Origin: Candidatus Peregrinibacteria bacterium
Lineage (GTDB): Bacteria > Patescibacteriota > Gracilibacteria > UBA1369 > LOWO2-01-FULL-3
NCBI GenBank assembly: GCA_016186245.1
Contig: JACPLZ010000024.1
Coordinates: forward strand, 17,941 to 56,511
DNA length: 38,571 nucleotides
Direction: 5' to 3'
Below, one piece after another: positions 15,546-24,612 of this stretch. The position numbers were made by a program, and so were the translations under genes. Positions within the stretch are counted from its first letter, which is position 1; every line of letters starts with the position of its first letter. Below the pieces are notes generated by a model that was given only the letters and a program-made list of their open reading frames with translations, made no database searches and had not been told where the DNA came from.

Positions 15546-17162
15546 ATGTGCAAATATATCTTTGTCACCGGAGGCGTATGCAGTTCATTAGGTAAGGGAA
15601 TAGCCAGCGCATCGATCGGAGCACTGCTCAAAGCCACAGGGCTGAAAGTGTTCACACAGAAGCTGGATCCTTACCTCAATGTCGACCCCGGAACAATGAG
15701 CCCCTTTCAGCACGGCGAAGTTTTTGTCACAGACGATGGCGGCGAAACCGATCTCGATCTCGGACATTATGAAAGATTTATCGACACAAATCTTTCCAAA
15801 CTTTCCTCCGTAACTACCGGAAAAATTTATGGCGAAGTTTTAGAAAAAGAAAGAAAAGGCAATTTTCTCGGCCGCACCATTCAGATAATCCCGCATATCA
15901 CCAATGCCATTCAGGAAAAAATCACACAGGCCGCAAAGGAAAGTGATTGCGATGTGATGATGATAGAAATCGGCGGCACTGTCGGCGATATCGAAGGTCT
16001 GCCATTTCTAGAAGCAATCAGGCAGATGCGCTATAAACTCGGCCAGGAAAATACTTTTTTTATTCACCTAACTCTGCTTCCGTATCTTGGAGCCTCAAAA
16101 GAGCTCAAGACAAAGCCAACTCAGGCATCCGTCCGCGAGCTGCGCTCTATCGGAATCCAGCCGGATATGATCCTCACAAGAGCAGATTACCCGATTAAAA
16201 AGGAACTGCTACAAAAAATCGCGCTGTTTTGCGATGTGGAAGAAAATTATGTAATTCCGGCACAGACAGTCAACTCGATTTATGAGGTTCCTTTGAACCT
16301 CGAAAAATACAAAATCACTGGACTCATCGCAAAAAAACTGCAACTTAAAAAAATCAAACCTGATCTCAGAGAATGGAAATCGCTTGTCAAAAAAATCCGC
16401 ACCAAGAAACCGGCGCTTAAAATCGCTCTTGTCGGAAAATACACCGGCCTCGATGATGCCTACTTGAGTGTTATTGAGTCATTAAAAATCGCCTGCTACC
16501 ATGCCAATCGCGAACCAAAAATCATCTGGATTTCTTCGGAAAAACTGGAGAAAAAAGACCGTAAATCCATGAGAGATCTCCGCAGCGTAGACGGCATAGT
16601 CGTACCTGGAGGCTTTGGCATAAGAGGAATAGAAGGCAAAATCATGGCCGCAAATTACGCCAGAGAAAATCAAATTCCATATCTTGGTCTTTGTCTTGGA
16701 ATGCAGATCATGACCATCGAGTTTGCCCGCACAACGCTAAAAAATGATCAAATTACATCGGAAGAATTCGATGAAGAAAAAAAACTCGACCCCGAAAATT
16801 ATGTGATTAACTTCCTTCCAGGACAATCTCACGAAAGAGAAAAAGGCGGCACCTTAAGACTTGGCTTATATCCTTGCAAAATCAAAGAAGGAACAAAAAC
16901 ATGGCAGCTTTACAAACAACCGCTCATCCACGAACGCCATCGCCATCGTTATGAAATAAACAACAATTATCGTGACAGACTGGAAAAAGCCGGAATGATT
17001 TTTTCCGGTATCTACCCAAAAGAGAACCTGGTAGAAATCGCTGAAATCAAGGATCATCCATTCATGATCGGCTGTCAATTCCACCCGGAATTCAAATCGC
17101 GCCCATTCAAACCATATCCCCTGTTCATAGGCTTCATAGAAGCAGCCAAAAAAACAAAATAA
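15546..17162 (+). CDS. pyrG: CTP synthase
   Basis: It has the N-terminus KYIFVTGGVCSSLGKGI, the GATase motif GLCLGMQ and HRHRYE. It is 538 aa. Confidence 0.95.
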   Translation: MCKYIFVTGGVCSSLGKGIASASIGALLKATGLKVFTQKLDPYLNVDPGTMSPFQHGEVFVTDDGGETDLDLGHYERFIDTNLSKLSSVTTGKIYGEVLEKERKGNFLGRTIQIIPHITNAIQEKITQAAKESDCDVMMIEIGGTVGDIEGLPFLEAIRQMRYKLGQENTFFIHLTLLPYLGASKELKTKPTQASVRELRSIGIQPDMILTRADYPIKKELLQKIALFCDVEENYVIPAQTVNSIYEVPLNLEKYKITGLIAKKLQLKKIKPDLREWKSLVKKIRTKKPALKIALVGKYTGLDDAYLSVIESLKIACYHANREPKIIWISSEKLEKKDRKSMRDLRSVDGIVVPGGFGIRGIEGKIMAANYARENQIPYLGLCLGMQIMTIEFARTTLKNDQITSEEFDEEKKLDPENYVINFLPGQSHEREKGGTLRLGLYPCKIKEGTKTWQLYKQPLIHERHRHRYEINNNYRDRLEKAGMIFSGIYPKENLVEIAEIKDHPFMIGCQFHPEFKSRPFKPYPLFIGFIEAAKKTK

Positions 17163-17163
17163 C

Positions 17164-18522
17164 ATGACATTTTTCAAATACACTGTCGCCAACAAGGAAG
17201 GGAAAAAATTGAGCGGGACAGTCGAGGGACCGGATGAACAGACAGCCCGCGCAGAGCTCAATAATCTCGGTTTTTCCATAATCGCGCTGCAGGAAACCCA
17301 GGAAATCACCCAACCGATAACCGGTAAAAAATTTATTTTCGAGGCCATTGATAAAAGCGGCCAACTGATCAGCGGCACCATTCCGGCGCCAAACGAAGAT
17401 GAAGCTTTCTCCAAACTGCAAGAGGAATACAGCCTTACCATAAGCGCTATTTGGGTCGAAGGTTCCAACGAAAAAGATATCACCGCAGCCCGTCAAAAAT
17501 ATGAACAATTTACCAGCAAAACCCTGGAACATCAGGAAAAAAGAAGGCTTGAGGAACAAAAACACGATCAGATTGTCCGGACAAAAATAGAAAATGTCCT
17601 CCATGAAGTACACCAGCTCCTGGAAATTTTTGAAAACGATTTTGAAACGCCTCAAAAACTGGAAATCAACAAAAAAATCGACAAACTTTTAAGAATAAAA
17701 AACAGCACCAATCTAGAATATATCCTTGAAACTGCAAATGATCTGTTGGAATTCATTCAAAATCAGGAAAAAGTTCTGGCAAAAAAAGGGCTGGATGAAA
17801 AGAAATTCCAGCTCAAACTGGAAACAAAAAAAATGCTTGATGAATTGAATGCGGATCCGGATGCAATAACACTGTCGGAAGACATTCTTAACAAAATTCG
17901 CGGCTGGAAAGAAAAACACATAGGAGATAATAAGCCGCCGACGCAGACAACAAGGCTGATCAATCGTATTCTTGATCGCATCAAAACGTTCTTTGAAACA
18001 CCGCCGGAAATTCAGAGAATAAAAAATCAGATACACGCGTATAACAAGCAGATATGGGCATTTATCCAGCTTTACTTTAAAGAATCGACGCCGGAATACC
18101 GCAACAAGGTGAAAAACAGCATCAAGGCGGTTTTGCAGCAAAAGAAAAAAGCCAAACATGTACTCGCATACATTAAACAAATCCGCAAAGAAAAAAAGAA
18201 AACAGTCTCTGAAGAGAGCGAAAATTTACTGTTTTCTCTTACCGAAGAAATCAATCTTTTTACCGGATGGGTACTGGCATTTTACATCATGTATTATTTT
18301 GCATCGCTCTATATCAGCACGAAAAACTTCGGCCTGGCCCAAATTCCGGCAGGCTTCCAGATTTATGACAGCAAAATTTTCAAATACGCCCTGGTAGTCA
18401 TTTTTTTTCTGCACGCCGCCACTGCGTTAAAGCTCAATTTCTTCCTCAGAAACAGGATTGCAAGTATGATAATTGCACCGGTTTTCTTAATCACAACAGT
18501 AATTACACTTTTTAATTTCTGA
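17164..18522 (+). CDS. Hypothetical membrane protein with two GspF/PilC-N-terminal-like repeats, a K/E-rich coiled-coil and three C-terminal TM helices
   Basis: FFKYTVANKEGKKLSGTVEGPDEQTARAELNNLGFSIIALQE and FIFEAIDKSGQLISGTIPAPNEDEAFSKLQEEYSLTISAIW fit the F.Y.A.D..G....G.iEA.....A...L...G pattern at the N-terminus of T2SS/T4P platform proteins. Canonical T2SSF domains were not recognised. Confidence 0.45.
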   Translation: MTFFKYTVANKEGKKLSGTVEGPDEQTARAELNNLGFSIIALQETQEITQPITGKKFIFEAIDKSGQLISGTIPAPNEDEAFSKLQEEYSLTISAIWVEGSNEKDITAARQKYEQFTSKTLEHQEKRRLEEQKHDQIVRTKIENVLHEVHQLLEIFENDFETPQKLEINKKIDKLLRIKNSTNLEYILETANDLLEFIQNQEKVLAKKGLDEKKFQLKLETKKMLDELNADPDAITLSEDILNKIRGWKEKHIGDNKPPTQTTRLINRILDRIKTFFETPPEIQRIKNQIHAYNKQIWAFIQLYFKESTPEYRNKVKNSIKAVLQQKKKAKHVLAYIKQIRKEKKKTVSEESENLLFSLTEEINLFTGWVLAFYIMYYFASLYISTKNFGLAQIPAGFQIYDSKIFKYALVVIFFLHAATALKLNFFLRNRIASMIIAPVFLITTVITLFNF

Positions 18523-18523
18523 C

Positions 18524-19312
18524 ATGCATCCAATCATTTTTAAAACGGATTTTTTCATATTGCATACCTATTGGATTTTTTTCGCGCTTGCAGCCATTAG
18601 CGGCACATACAGTCTGATCCATTTCAGCATCAAAAACGGCATGAAACTCCAATTTTTAAGCAGCAATTCCGCGCAACTGCTCCTATTTGCACTTATCGGC
18701 GCGCGCCTCGGCGCACTCCTGGTAAATTATCACATCTATTTCACAGAAATCAGTTTTGGCGCTTTAGCCAGGCTCTTTTACATTTGGGACGGAGGTCTTG
18801 ATTTTTGGGGAGCAATTACGGCATTTTTAATCATTCTTTACCATCTTTGCAAAAAACATGATCAGGATTTTTGGAAATGGCTCGACAGCATCATACCGTC
18901 AATGATTTTGGGACTCGGTTTCGCGCATATCGGAGCATTTTTCGAAGGAATCAATTATGGCCGGGAAACTTCTCTTCCATGGGGTGTTAATTTTGAAAGT
19001 CCGATTATAAAATATGCCGTACCGATCCATCCAACACAGATTTATGCAACGCTTTTTTCATTCGGCCTCGCATACTTTCTGATTTTCATGGCCGATACAA
19101 AAATAGTGCAAAAATTAAAAACCGGCGGATTCATCGGTATCCTCGGCATCACAATTTATAATTTTTTAAGATTTTTGGAAGAATTTGTGCGCGGCGACGA
19201 TACAATCACCGTTTTTGATATTCGCACTCCGCAGATAATCGCATTCATCATTACCACAGCTGGAATTGCCCTGCTACAGAGGCGTTTTCAGCTTCTCTGG
19301 ATTAAAAAATAA
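18524..19312 (+). CDS. lgt: Prolipoprotein diacylglyceryl transferase
   Basis: Lgt signatures are present: FYIWDGGLDFWGA, GRETSLPWGV, HPTQIYATLFSF and EEFVRGDD. It is polytopic and 262 aa. Confidence 0.8.
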   Translation: MHPIIFKTDFFILHTYWIFFALAAISGTYSLIHFSIKNGMKLQFLSSNSAQLLLFALIGARLGALLVNYHIYFTEISFGALARLFYIWDGGLDFWGAITAFLIILYHLCKKHDQDFWKWLDSIIPSMILGLGFAHIGAFFEGINYGRETSLPWGVNFESPIIKYAVPIHPTQIYATLFSFGLAYFLIFMADTKIVQKLKTGGFIGILGITIYNFLRFLEEFVRGDDTITVFDIRTPQIIAFIITTAGIALLQRRFQLLWIKK

Positions 19313-19330
19313 AATAATGTTATTCTCCGT

Positions 19331-19390
19331 TTCGACAAGCTCACAATGACAATTTTGTCACCCTGAGCTTGTCGAAGGGTCACAATGACA
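19331..19390. repeat. Hairpin repeat (TTCGACAAGCTCA ... TGAGCTTGTCGAA) downstream of lgt
   Basis: It has a perfect 13-bp stem (19331-19343 with 19364-19376) and an inner TGACAA-TT-TTGTCA stem. It is flanked by a direct repeat TCACAATGACA (19341 and 19380). Confidence 0.7.
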
Positions 19391-19392
19391 AA

Positions 19393-19803
19393 ATGAATTT
19401 TTTAGATTACTTATTCAATAGAATCCCGGGCCAAAATTTTTCCTACTATATTCCAATGGCTGTATTTGTAGCTCTTCTTTTTGTGGGAGCGATTTTCTTT
19501 TCAGGCATATATAAAAAAAGAAAACAGCACGACTTTGCGTTCAAAAGATTATTCAAAAAAACATCGGGGCGACTTACATTATTTGGAGTAATTTCCCTGC
19601 TGCTTCTGACTTTTCGATATGAAAACATCCCATACTTTGCAATGAGAATCTGGCTTTTTATCACCATTTTTTCCTTTCTATATTTCTTTTACAGAACACT
19701 TCGCGCCTACAAAATCGACTATCCACGCGAACGCGACAACGTGAACCGAAACATGCACATAAAGACCGAGAGCAAATATCTGCCGAACAAGAAGATGAGA
19801 TAA
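19393..19803 (+). CDS. Small hypothetical membrane protein (3 predicted TM helices)
   Basis: It has hydrophobic segments IPMAVFVALLFVGAIFFSGI, LTLFGVISLLLLTF and IWLFITIFSFLYFF. The start at 19393 was chosen because the 19369 start lies inside the repeat. Confidence 0.5.
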   Translation: MNFLDYLFNRIPGQNFSYYIPMAVFVALLFVGAIFFSGIYKKRKQHDFAFKRLFKKTSGRLTLFGVISLLLLTFRYENIPYFAMRIWLFITIFSFLYFFYRTLRAYKIDYPRERDNVNRNMHIKTESKYLPNKKMR

Positions 19804-19822
19804 CCGATGCACAAACTTAAAA

Positions 19823-19930
19823 CTGAAAATTGATGCAGTGCGAGGAAACAAGCTATTTCTGACCGAGCCGTATTTACTGATACTGCGAGTAAGAAATAGC
19901 GCAGCTGACAAAGCAATGCGCAATTTTCAG
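19823..19930. repeat. 108-nt structured repeat, copy 1 (long imperfect hairpin with 10-bp terminal inverted repeats)
   Basis: CTGAAAATTG...CAATTTTCAG ends enclose nested stems GCTATTTCT/AGAAATAGC and GCCGTAT/ATACTGC. It is about 80% identical to 28511-28619 and lies between convergent genes. Confidence 0.7.
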
Positions 19931-19935
19931 AGGTT

Positions 19936-20490
19936 TTAATCCACCCTTACGATTTCGTATTCTACAGGTCCAGACGGCGCATGAATCTTAACCACATCAC
20001 CTTTCTTCTTGTCCAAAACCGCATTTCCCACAGGTGATTCATTGGAAATCTTTCCAGTAAAAACATCTGATTCCGTCGCACCAACTATTGTATAAACTTC
20101 ATCTTCATCCTTCTTTTTGGTCAAATTTTTCAAACAAACCGTACTGCCGATTTGCACAGTCTTGGTTTTATGATGTTCGGAAATTATCTTCGCATTCTTA
20201 ACTTTTTCCTCAAGTTCCAAAATCCTTCCTTCCACAAATGCCTGTTCATTCTTGGCCTCCTCATACTCGGAATTTTCAGAAAGATCCCCATAGGAAATCG
20301 CCTCCTTAATACGCTGTGCGACCTCTTTGCGCTTGGTATCCTTCAAATATTGCAATTCCTCTTTGAGCTTGTCCAATCCCTCCCTGGTAACCAAAGTTAC
20401 TTTGCCATCATCACCGGTCCCGGATGAAAAATCCTGCTGAAGAGTAATGTCATCATCTCCGGCGGTTGCTTGTGTTTTTTTGTCTGACAT
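19936..20490 (-). CDS. greA: Transcription elongation factor GreA (with ~30-aa acidic N-terminal extension)
   Basis: TREGLDKLKEELQYLKDTKRKEVAQRIKEAISYGDLSENSEYEEAK is the GreA coiled-coil signature, and the C-terminal globular domain is present. Confidence 0.9.
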   Translation of the reverse strand: MSDKKTQATAGDDDITLQQDFSSGTGDDGKVTLVTREGLDKLKEELQYLKDTKRKEVAQRIKEAISYGDLSENSEYEEAKNEQAFVEGRILELEEKVKNAKIISEHHKTKTVQIGSTVCLKNLTKKKDEDEVYTIVGATESDVFTGKISNESPVGNAVLDKKKGDVVKIHAPSGPVEYEIVRVD

Positions 20491-20547
20491 ATAGTTTATA
20501 AATTAATAATTAAAAAGGGAGAAAAAACGCACCCGCTACACCCGTGC

Positions 20548-21723
20548 CTAATGCGGGCGAATCTTAACACTTGTCGGATGTTCCTTCAATTTCTGCAGAA
20601 CCTTGGCCTCGATCTGCCTTATACGCTCGCGGGTAACATGAAATTCCTGACCGACTTCTTCCAGAGTATGTCCGACACCATCCCTCAACCCAAATCGCAT
20701 TTCTATAATTTTTCTTTCACGCGGAGAAAGATATTGGAGCATTTCATGAATATTCTCTTTGATAAGCTGCCGATTGGTTGATTCCGCAGGAGACAAAGCC
20801 TCATCATCTTCAATAAAATCCCCCAGCTTGCTGTCTTCTTCAGTACCAACAGGCGCCTCCAGCGACACTATATCCTGGGAAATTTTCATTATGTGACGCA
20901 CTTTCTTGATATCCATATCCATTTCCGCAGCCAATTCCTCCACAAGCGGCTCACGACCAAGCTCCTGCACCAAACGTCTTTGCGCATGGGTAAGCTTGTT
21001 AATCGTTTCCACCATGTGCACCGGAATACGGATTGTGCGCGCCTGATCGGCAATTGCACGAGTTATAGCCTGCCTTATCCACCAGGTCGCGTATGTGGAA
21101 AATTTAAAACCACGGTTGGGATCAAATTTTTCAACCGCTCTAAACAAACCAATATTTCCCTCCTGAATCAGATCCAAAAAGGAAAGCCCGCGCCCAATAT
21201 ATTTCTTGGCAATACTTACCACCAGACGCAGATTCGCCTCGGCCAGCTTGCCCTTTGCCGACTGGTCACCCTTGGCTATACGCCGCGCCAACTCCACCTC
21301 TTCCTTTGCATTCAACAAAGACACTTTTCCAATCTCACACAGATAAAGCCTTATCGAATCGTTGGCAATTTCCCTAAACTCAGATTCTTTCTTTTTTTTC
21401 TTTTCCCGTCTGGCAGTCGCCGACATCTTTTTATCGCCGGCTTCACCGGAAAAGTCCATCACTTTCGCCTTCTCCCATTCCTTGTCATCCCAAACCAGAC
21501 TATCCTTGGTATCCAAAACCTCAATTCCCATATCCATAAAAAGGCTATAAATATCATCCAGAAGAATCAAATCCTCCTCGATATTTGGCATAGCCTTCAA
21601 TAATTCCTGATGTGTAACAAACCCCTGCCCTTTGCCTTTTTTGATCAAATCCCTCACCTCTTTGGAAAATTTTGCCAACTGATCATCAGAAGGATGGGCA
21701 ATAAATTTACTCGTTCTAGCCAT
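20548..21723 (-). CDS. rpoD: RNA polymerase sigma-70 family primary sigma factor
   Basis: Region 1.2 is [14 protein letters not shown], region 2 is [13 protein letters not shown]...[18 protein letters not shown]...[13 protein letters not shown], and regions 3 and 4 include [19 protein letters not shown]. It lies directly downstream of dnaG. Confidence 0.9.
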   Translation of the reverse strand: MARTSKFIAHPSDDQLAKFSKEVRDLIKKGKGQGFVTHQELLKAMPNIEEDLILLDDIYSLFMDMGIEVLDTKDSLVWDDKEWEKAKVMDFSGEAGDKKMSATARREKKKKKESEFREIANDSIRLYLCEIGKVSLLNAKEEVELARRIAKGDQSAKGKLAEANLRLVVSIAKKYIGRGLSFLDLIQEGNIGLFRAVEKFDPNRGFKFSTYATWWIRQAITRAIADQARTIRIPVHMVETINKLTHAQRRLVQELGREPLVEELAAEMDMDIKKVRHIMKISQDIVSLEAPVGTEEDSKLGDFIEDDEALSPAESTNRQLIKENIHEMLQYLSPRERKIIEMRFGLRDGVGHTLEEVGQEFHVTRERIRQIEAKVLQKLKEHPTSVKIRPH

Positions 21724-21729
21724 AGAAAA

Positions 21730-23496
21730 TTAAGATAACTTTAGTAACCCCTGCTGCGTCGCCAATAAACTTTTCAGTTTTTCCTTATCCCCGGAATCTT
21801 CAGCCTCTCCAATCTGTCTTTGTATTTCCTTTAGCTCTATATTTCTGCGATCTTTTCGCAGCTTGTCAATCAATTTTTTCACCTCCTCCTCAAGAGTTTG
21901 CTCGGAAAAATTTGCATACCGGTCTTCCGCGTACAAACGCCACACAGCAACTTTACCGCTTGCATCAGCCAAACAACCGTCATCAAAACTCCATCCCACA
22001 AATTTACCTCGGGTCGAATTATACTGATCGGTTAGAGCATTGTAAACATTTTTAAGGTAGACATCAGATTCTAAATTCTGATCAAGATTTTTCAACAAAT
22101 CCTTCACAGCCGGAAAAAGAAGCGGATATTCCAGAAGAATAGAAATAAGAACTTCCTGGGAAGGAAATTTCCTGCTTCCGGAAACATTTCCCTCAGCTCT
22201 CGCAGGATGGGTACGAGGCAATTTCATATTGGCAATTTCATCATAGAGAAATTTTTGATCCATGTTTAGTTTACCGGCCAGTTCCCTCACGAAATAATCG
22301 CGATTTACCGCCGACATCCCATCAAAACACGGCAGAAGCTGGGAAATCACTTCATTTCTGCCGCTTAAAGCAGCTATATCGTTTTCCAATATAAGTCGTT
22401 CAATAAAAAAACTCACAAAATTTTTAGCATTGTCCACCATCTTTTTAAATTCTCCTCCATGCTCCAAAACAAAATCCGCCGGATCTTTTTGCTCAAGAGC
22501 GATAGTTTTTATTTCAACACCTTCCTCTCTAAACATGAAATAAGCCCTTCTGGAAGCCTCAAATCCGGCCTTATCACTATCAAAACAGCTGATCACATTT
22601 TTAGTCAGTCTCTTTACTTGCCGCACCTGCCCCGCAGAAAACGCCGTTCCCGAACTGGCCACAACATTCTTAATCCCTTCCTGATGAGGCAAAATAACAT
22701 CAAAATATCCTTCCACTATCACAGCCTTATCTTCTTCTTTGATGTATTTCTTGGCATGTGAAAGCCCATAAATCACTTTGCTTTTACTGTAAACAGGATT
22801 TTCCGGAGAGTTAAGGTATTTTGGCTGCTGCTCTTTTTGCAAAGCACGTCCGCCAAAACCGCAAATTCTGCCGAGATAATCAAAAATCGGAAAAATAAGC
22901 CGCAAACGGTATTTATCATAAATTCTTTCATCACCGATATTTTTCGCGGAAGCCAGACCTGATTTCAAAATAACATTTTTGGGGATACGTTTTTTGAGAA
23001 GAACAGGATGCAAAGCATCAAAACTATCCGGCGCAAATCCAAGGCGAAATTCCCTGATTGTCCCATCATTCACTCCCCTTTTATAAAGATAGTTCAAAAC
23101 TTTTTTGCCTTCATCGGTCTGCAAAAGCTGCTCTTCAAAAAACTTCGCAGCAATTTCTTGGGCCTCAAAATAAATATCCTTCTCATCTTTATCAACTTTT
23201 TTGGCCAACTTTTTATCATCGATTTTCACACCGGCCCGATCAGCCAAAATCTGCAAAGACTCGCGGAAATTAACCCCTTCCAATTCTTGTATGAAAGTGA
23301 AAATATCACCGCCTTTATTACAGCCGAAACAATGGCATATCTGTTTTTCCGGACTTACCACAAAACTCGGAGTTTTTTCACTATGAAAAGGGCAGAGACC
23401 TTTCAAATTTCTGCCAAGTTTTTTCAGCTGGACATATTGGGAAACAACCTCTTCGATACCCAGCCGGCTTTTAATTTCTTCAACAACATCCGCCAT
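21730..23496 (-). CDS. dnaG: DNA primase
   Basis: It has a zinc finger (CPFHSEKTPSFVVSPEKQICHCFGCNKGGD) and a TOPRIM region (AVIVEGYFDV...SCFDSDKAG). The start at 23496 (MADVVEEIK) is preferred because TGCTATAAC lies 9 nt upstream, and the 23523 start would translate that promoter. Confidence 0.85.
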   Translation of the reverse strand: MADVVEEIKSRLGIEEVVSQYVQLKKLGRNLKGLCPFHSEKTPSFVVSPEKQICHCFGCNKGGDIFTFIQELEGVNFRESLQILADRAGVKIDDKKLAKKVDKDEKDIYFEAQEIAAKFFEEQLLQTDEGKKVLNYLYKRGVNDGTIREFRLGFAPDSFDALHPVLLKKRIPKNVILKSGLASAKNIGDERIYDKYRLRLIFPIFDYLGRICGFGGRALQKEQQPKYLNSPENPVYSKSKVIYGLSHAKKYIKEEDKAVIVEGYFDVILPHQEGIKNVVASSGTAFSAGQVRQVKRLTKNVISCFDSDKAGFEASRRAYFMFREEGVEIKTIALEQKDPADFVLEHGGEFKKMVDNAKNFVSFFIERLILENDIAALSGRNEVISQLLPCFDGMSAVNRDYFVRELAGKLNMDQKFLYDEIANMKLPRTHPARAEGNVSGSRKFPSQEVLISILLEYPLLFPAVKDLLKNLDQNLESDVYLKNVYNALTDQYNSTRGKFVGWSFDDGCLADASGKVAVWRLYAEDRYANFSEQTLEEEVKKLIDKLRKDRRNIELKEIQRQIGEAEDSGDKEKLKSLLATQQGLLKLS

Positions 23497-23550
23497 AGCG
23501 CCCAAGTTATAGCAGAGGAACAAAAAGTTTCCTAGGAAATTTATATATCA

Positions 23551-24591
23551 TCAATCCATCCTCCTCCTTCCCCCAAACACCAGCGCCACCGCCAAAAGCA
23601 ACATCATCAAACCAAGCGCGATAATCATAAACAGCTTCTGCCTGCTATCCACAAGCACCACAGAAGTAAATCCAAAAAACGCCGTAACGCCAAGATATAT
23701 CAGAATCACCATCCGCTCAGACAAACCCAGATCAAGCAGACGATGATGCAGATGCTTTAAATCGCCTTTCCAAAATTTCTGCCCCGACCAAAGACGGCGT
23801 AAAACCACCCAAATCATATCCAAAATAGGGATACCCAAGACCAAAAAAGCCGTCGCCACCTTTCCGCCGGAAAAAATCGCCAACGTAGCAATCACAAATC
23901 CAAGCAACGTACTGCCGGTATCCCCCATCAAAATCGCCGGCCGCGGAAAATCGAAAATCAGAAATGCCAGCGAAATCATCGCGACAATCAGCGCAATCGT
24001 AGCCACGCCAATCTGTGACTGCGGATCCACATGCAGTCCAGGATGAATACTCAAAATGAATAAAGTCAGCCCTGAAATAAAACCGATCCCGCTCGTCAAA
24101 CCGCTGACACCGTCAACAAAATTCATGGTATTTACAATCGCCATCACCCAAAAAATCGTAAAAATCGCACCGACAAGCGGCGCACTCATATCGATAATCC
24201 CCAAAAACGGAATATTTACAGACAGAATACCAATCCCCGACCACACCAGAATCAACGCTGCCAGAAAGTGAAAACCGATCCTCAGCAACGGACTGATCCT
24301 TTTGGAATCATCCCAAAATCCGATTGCCGCAATCATCAAAGCGCCAACAAGCAACCCCACAAGTTGCCTGGAAATCGGCACAAATATCAGGACAGAAACA
24401 ATAAAAGCCAGAAAAATGGCTATACCTCCATAGTAAGGTATCGGCTTACGCTTAAGCCCATATAGGAGTGGTCGATCAATCAACCCAAACTGCGGAAAAA
24501 TTTGAATTGCAATTGTCGTAAGCAGCCCCGACAGCCCAAAAGCAAAAAAGGCCGGCCGCCAATACTGTGCTAAAATTTCCTGAAAATTCAT
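23551..24591 (-). CDS. Polyprenyl-phosphate sugar-1-phosphate transferase, glycosyltransferase family 4 (WecA/TagO-like rather than MraY)
   Basis: It has GLIDRP...RKPIPYYGGIAIF, a DD motif (FWDDSKRISP), NTMNFVDGVSGL and MGDTGSTLLGF. It is polytopic and 346 aa. Confidence 0.75.
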   Translation of the reverse strand: MNFQEILAQYWRPAFFAFGLSGLLTTIAIQIFPQFGLIDRPLLYGLKRKPIPYYGGIAIFLAFIVSVLIFVPISRQLVGLLVGALMIAAIGFWDDSKRISPLLRIGFHFLAALILVWSGIGILSVNIPFLGIIDMSAPLVGAIFTIFWVMAIVNTMNFVDGVSGLTSGIGFISGLTLFILSIHPGLHVDPQSQIGVATIALIVAMISLAFLIFDFPRPAILMGDTGSTLLGFVIATLAIFSGGKVATAFLVLGIPILDMIWVVLRRLWSGQKFWKGDLKHLHHRLLDLGLSERMVILIYLGVTAFFGFTSVVLVDSRQKLFMIIALGLMMLLLAVALVFGGRRRMD

Positions 24592-24598
24592 ATGCGGG

Positions 24599-24607
24599 AT
24601 ATTACCA
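24599..24607 (-). promoter_or_regulatory. Extended -10 TGGTAATAT, 7 nt upstream of the GT4 transferase ATG (leaderless start)
   Basis: The reverse complement reads TGGTAATATCCCGCAT-ATG. Confidence 0.5.
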
Positions 24608-24612
24608 CAAAA

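Noticed and set aside
16866-17483. Long antisense ORFs in the six-frame track. Examples are 16866-17483(-), 17134-17655(-), 8792-9355(-), 20893-21603(+), 23008-23535(+), 27119-27691(+), 36257-36760(-), 3706-4152(+) and 28605-28949(+).
   Set aside because: Each lies entirely opposite a gene with clear family-level homology or a giant ORF. Their translations are low-complexity or compositionally odd (rich in F, L, S, R and C). They are shadow ORFs produced by the A-rich codon bias of the sense strand.
20491-20547. A rho-independent terminator after rpoD (GCACGGGTGTAGCGGGTGC followed by TTTTTT on the minus strand).
   Set aside because: Only about 4 bp at the base of the putative stem pair cleanly. 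The T-run is suggestive, but the hairpin is too weak to call with confidence.
23524-23550. The palindrome-like AAGTTTCCTAGGAAATTT between the GT4 transferase stop and dnaG, considered as a terminator.
   Set aside because: Only 4-5 bp can pair around a 2-4 nt loop. The region more plausibly holds dnaG promoter elements (TGATATATA and TGCTATAAC on the minus strand).
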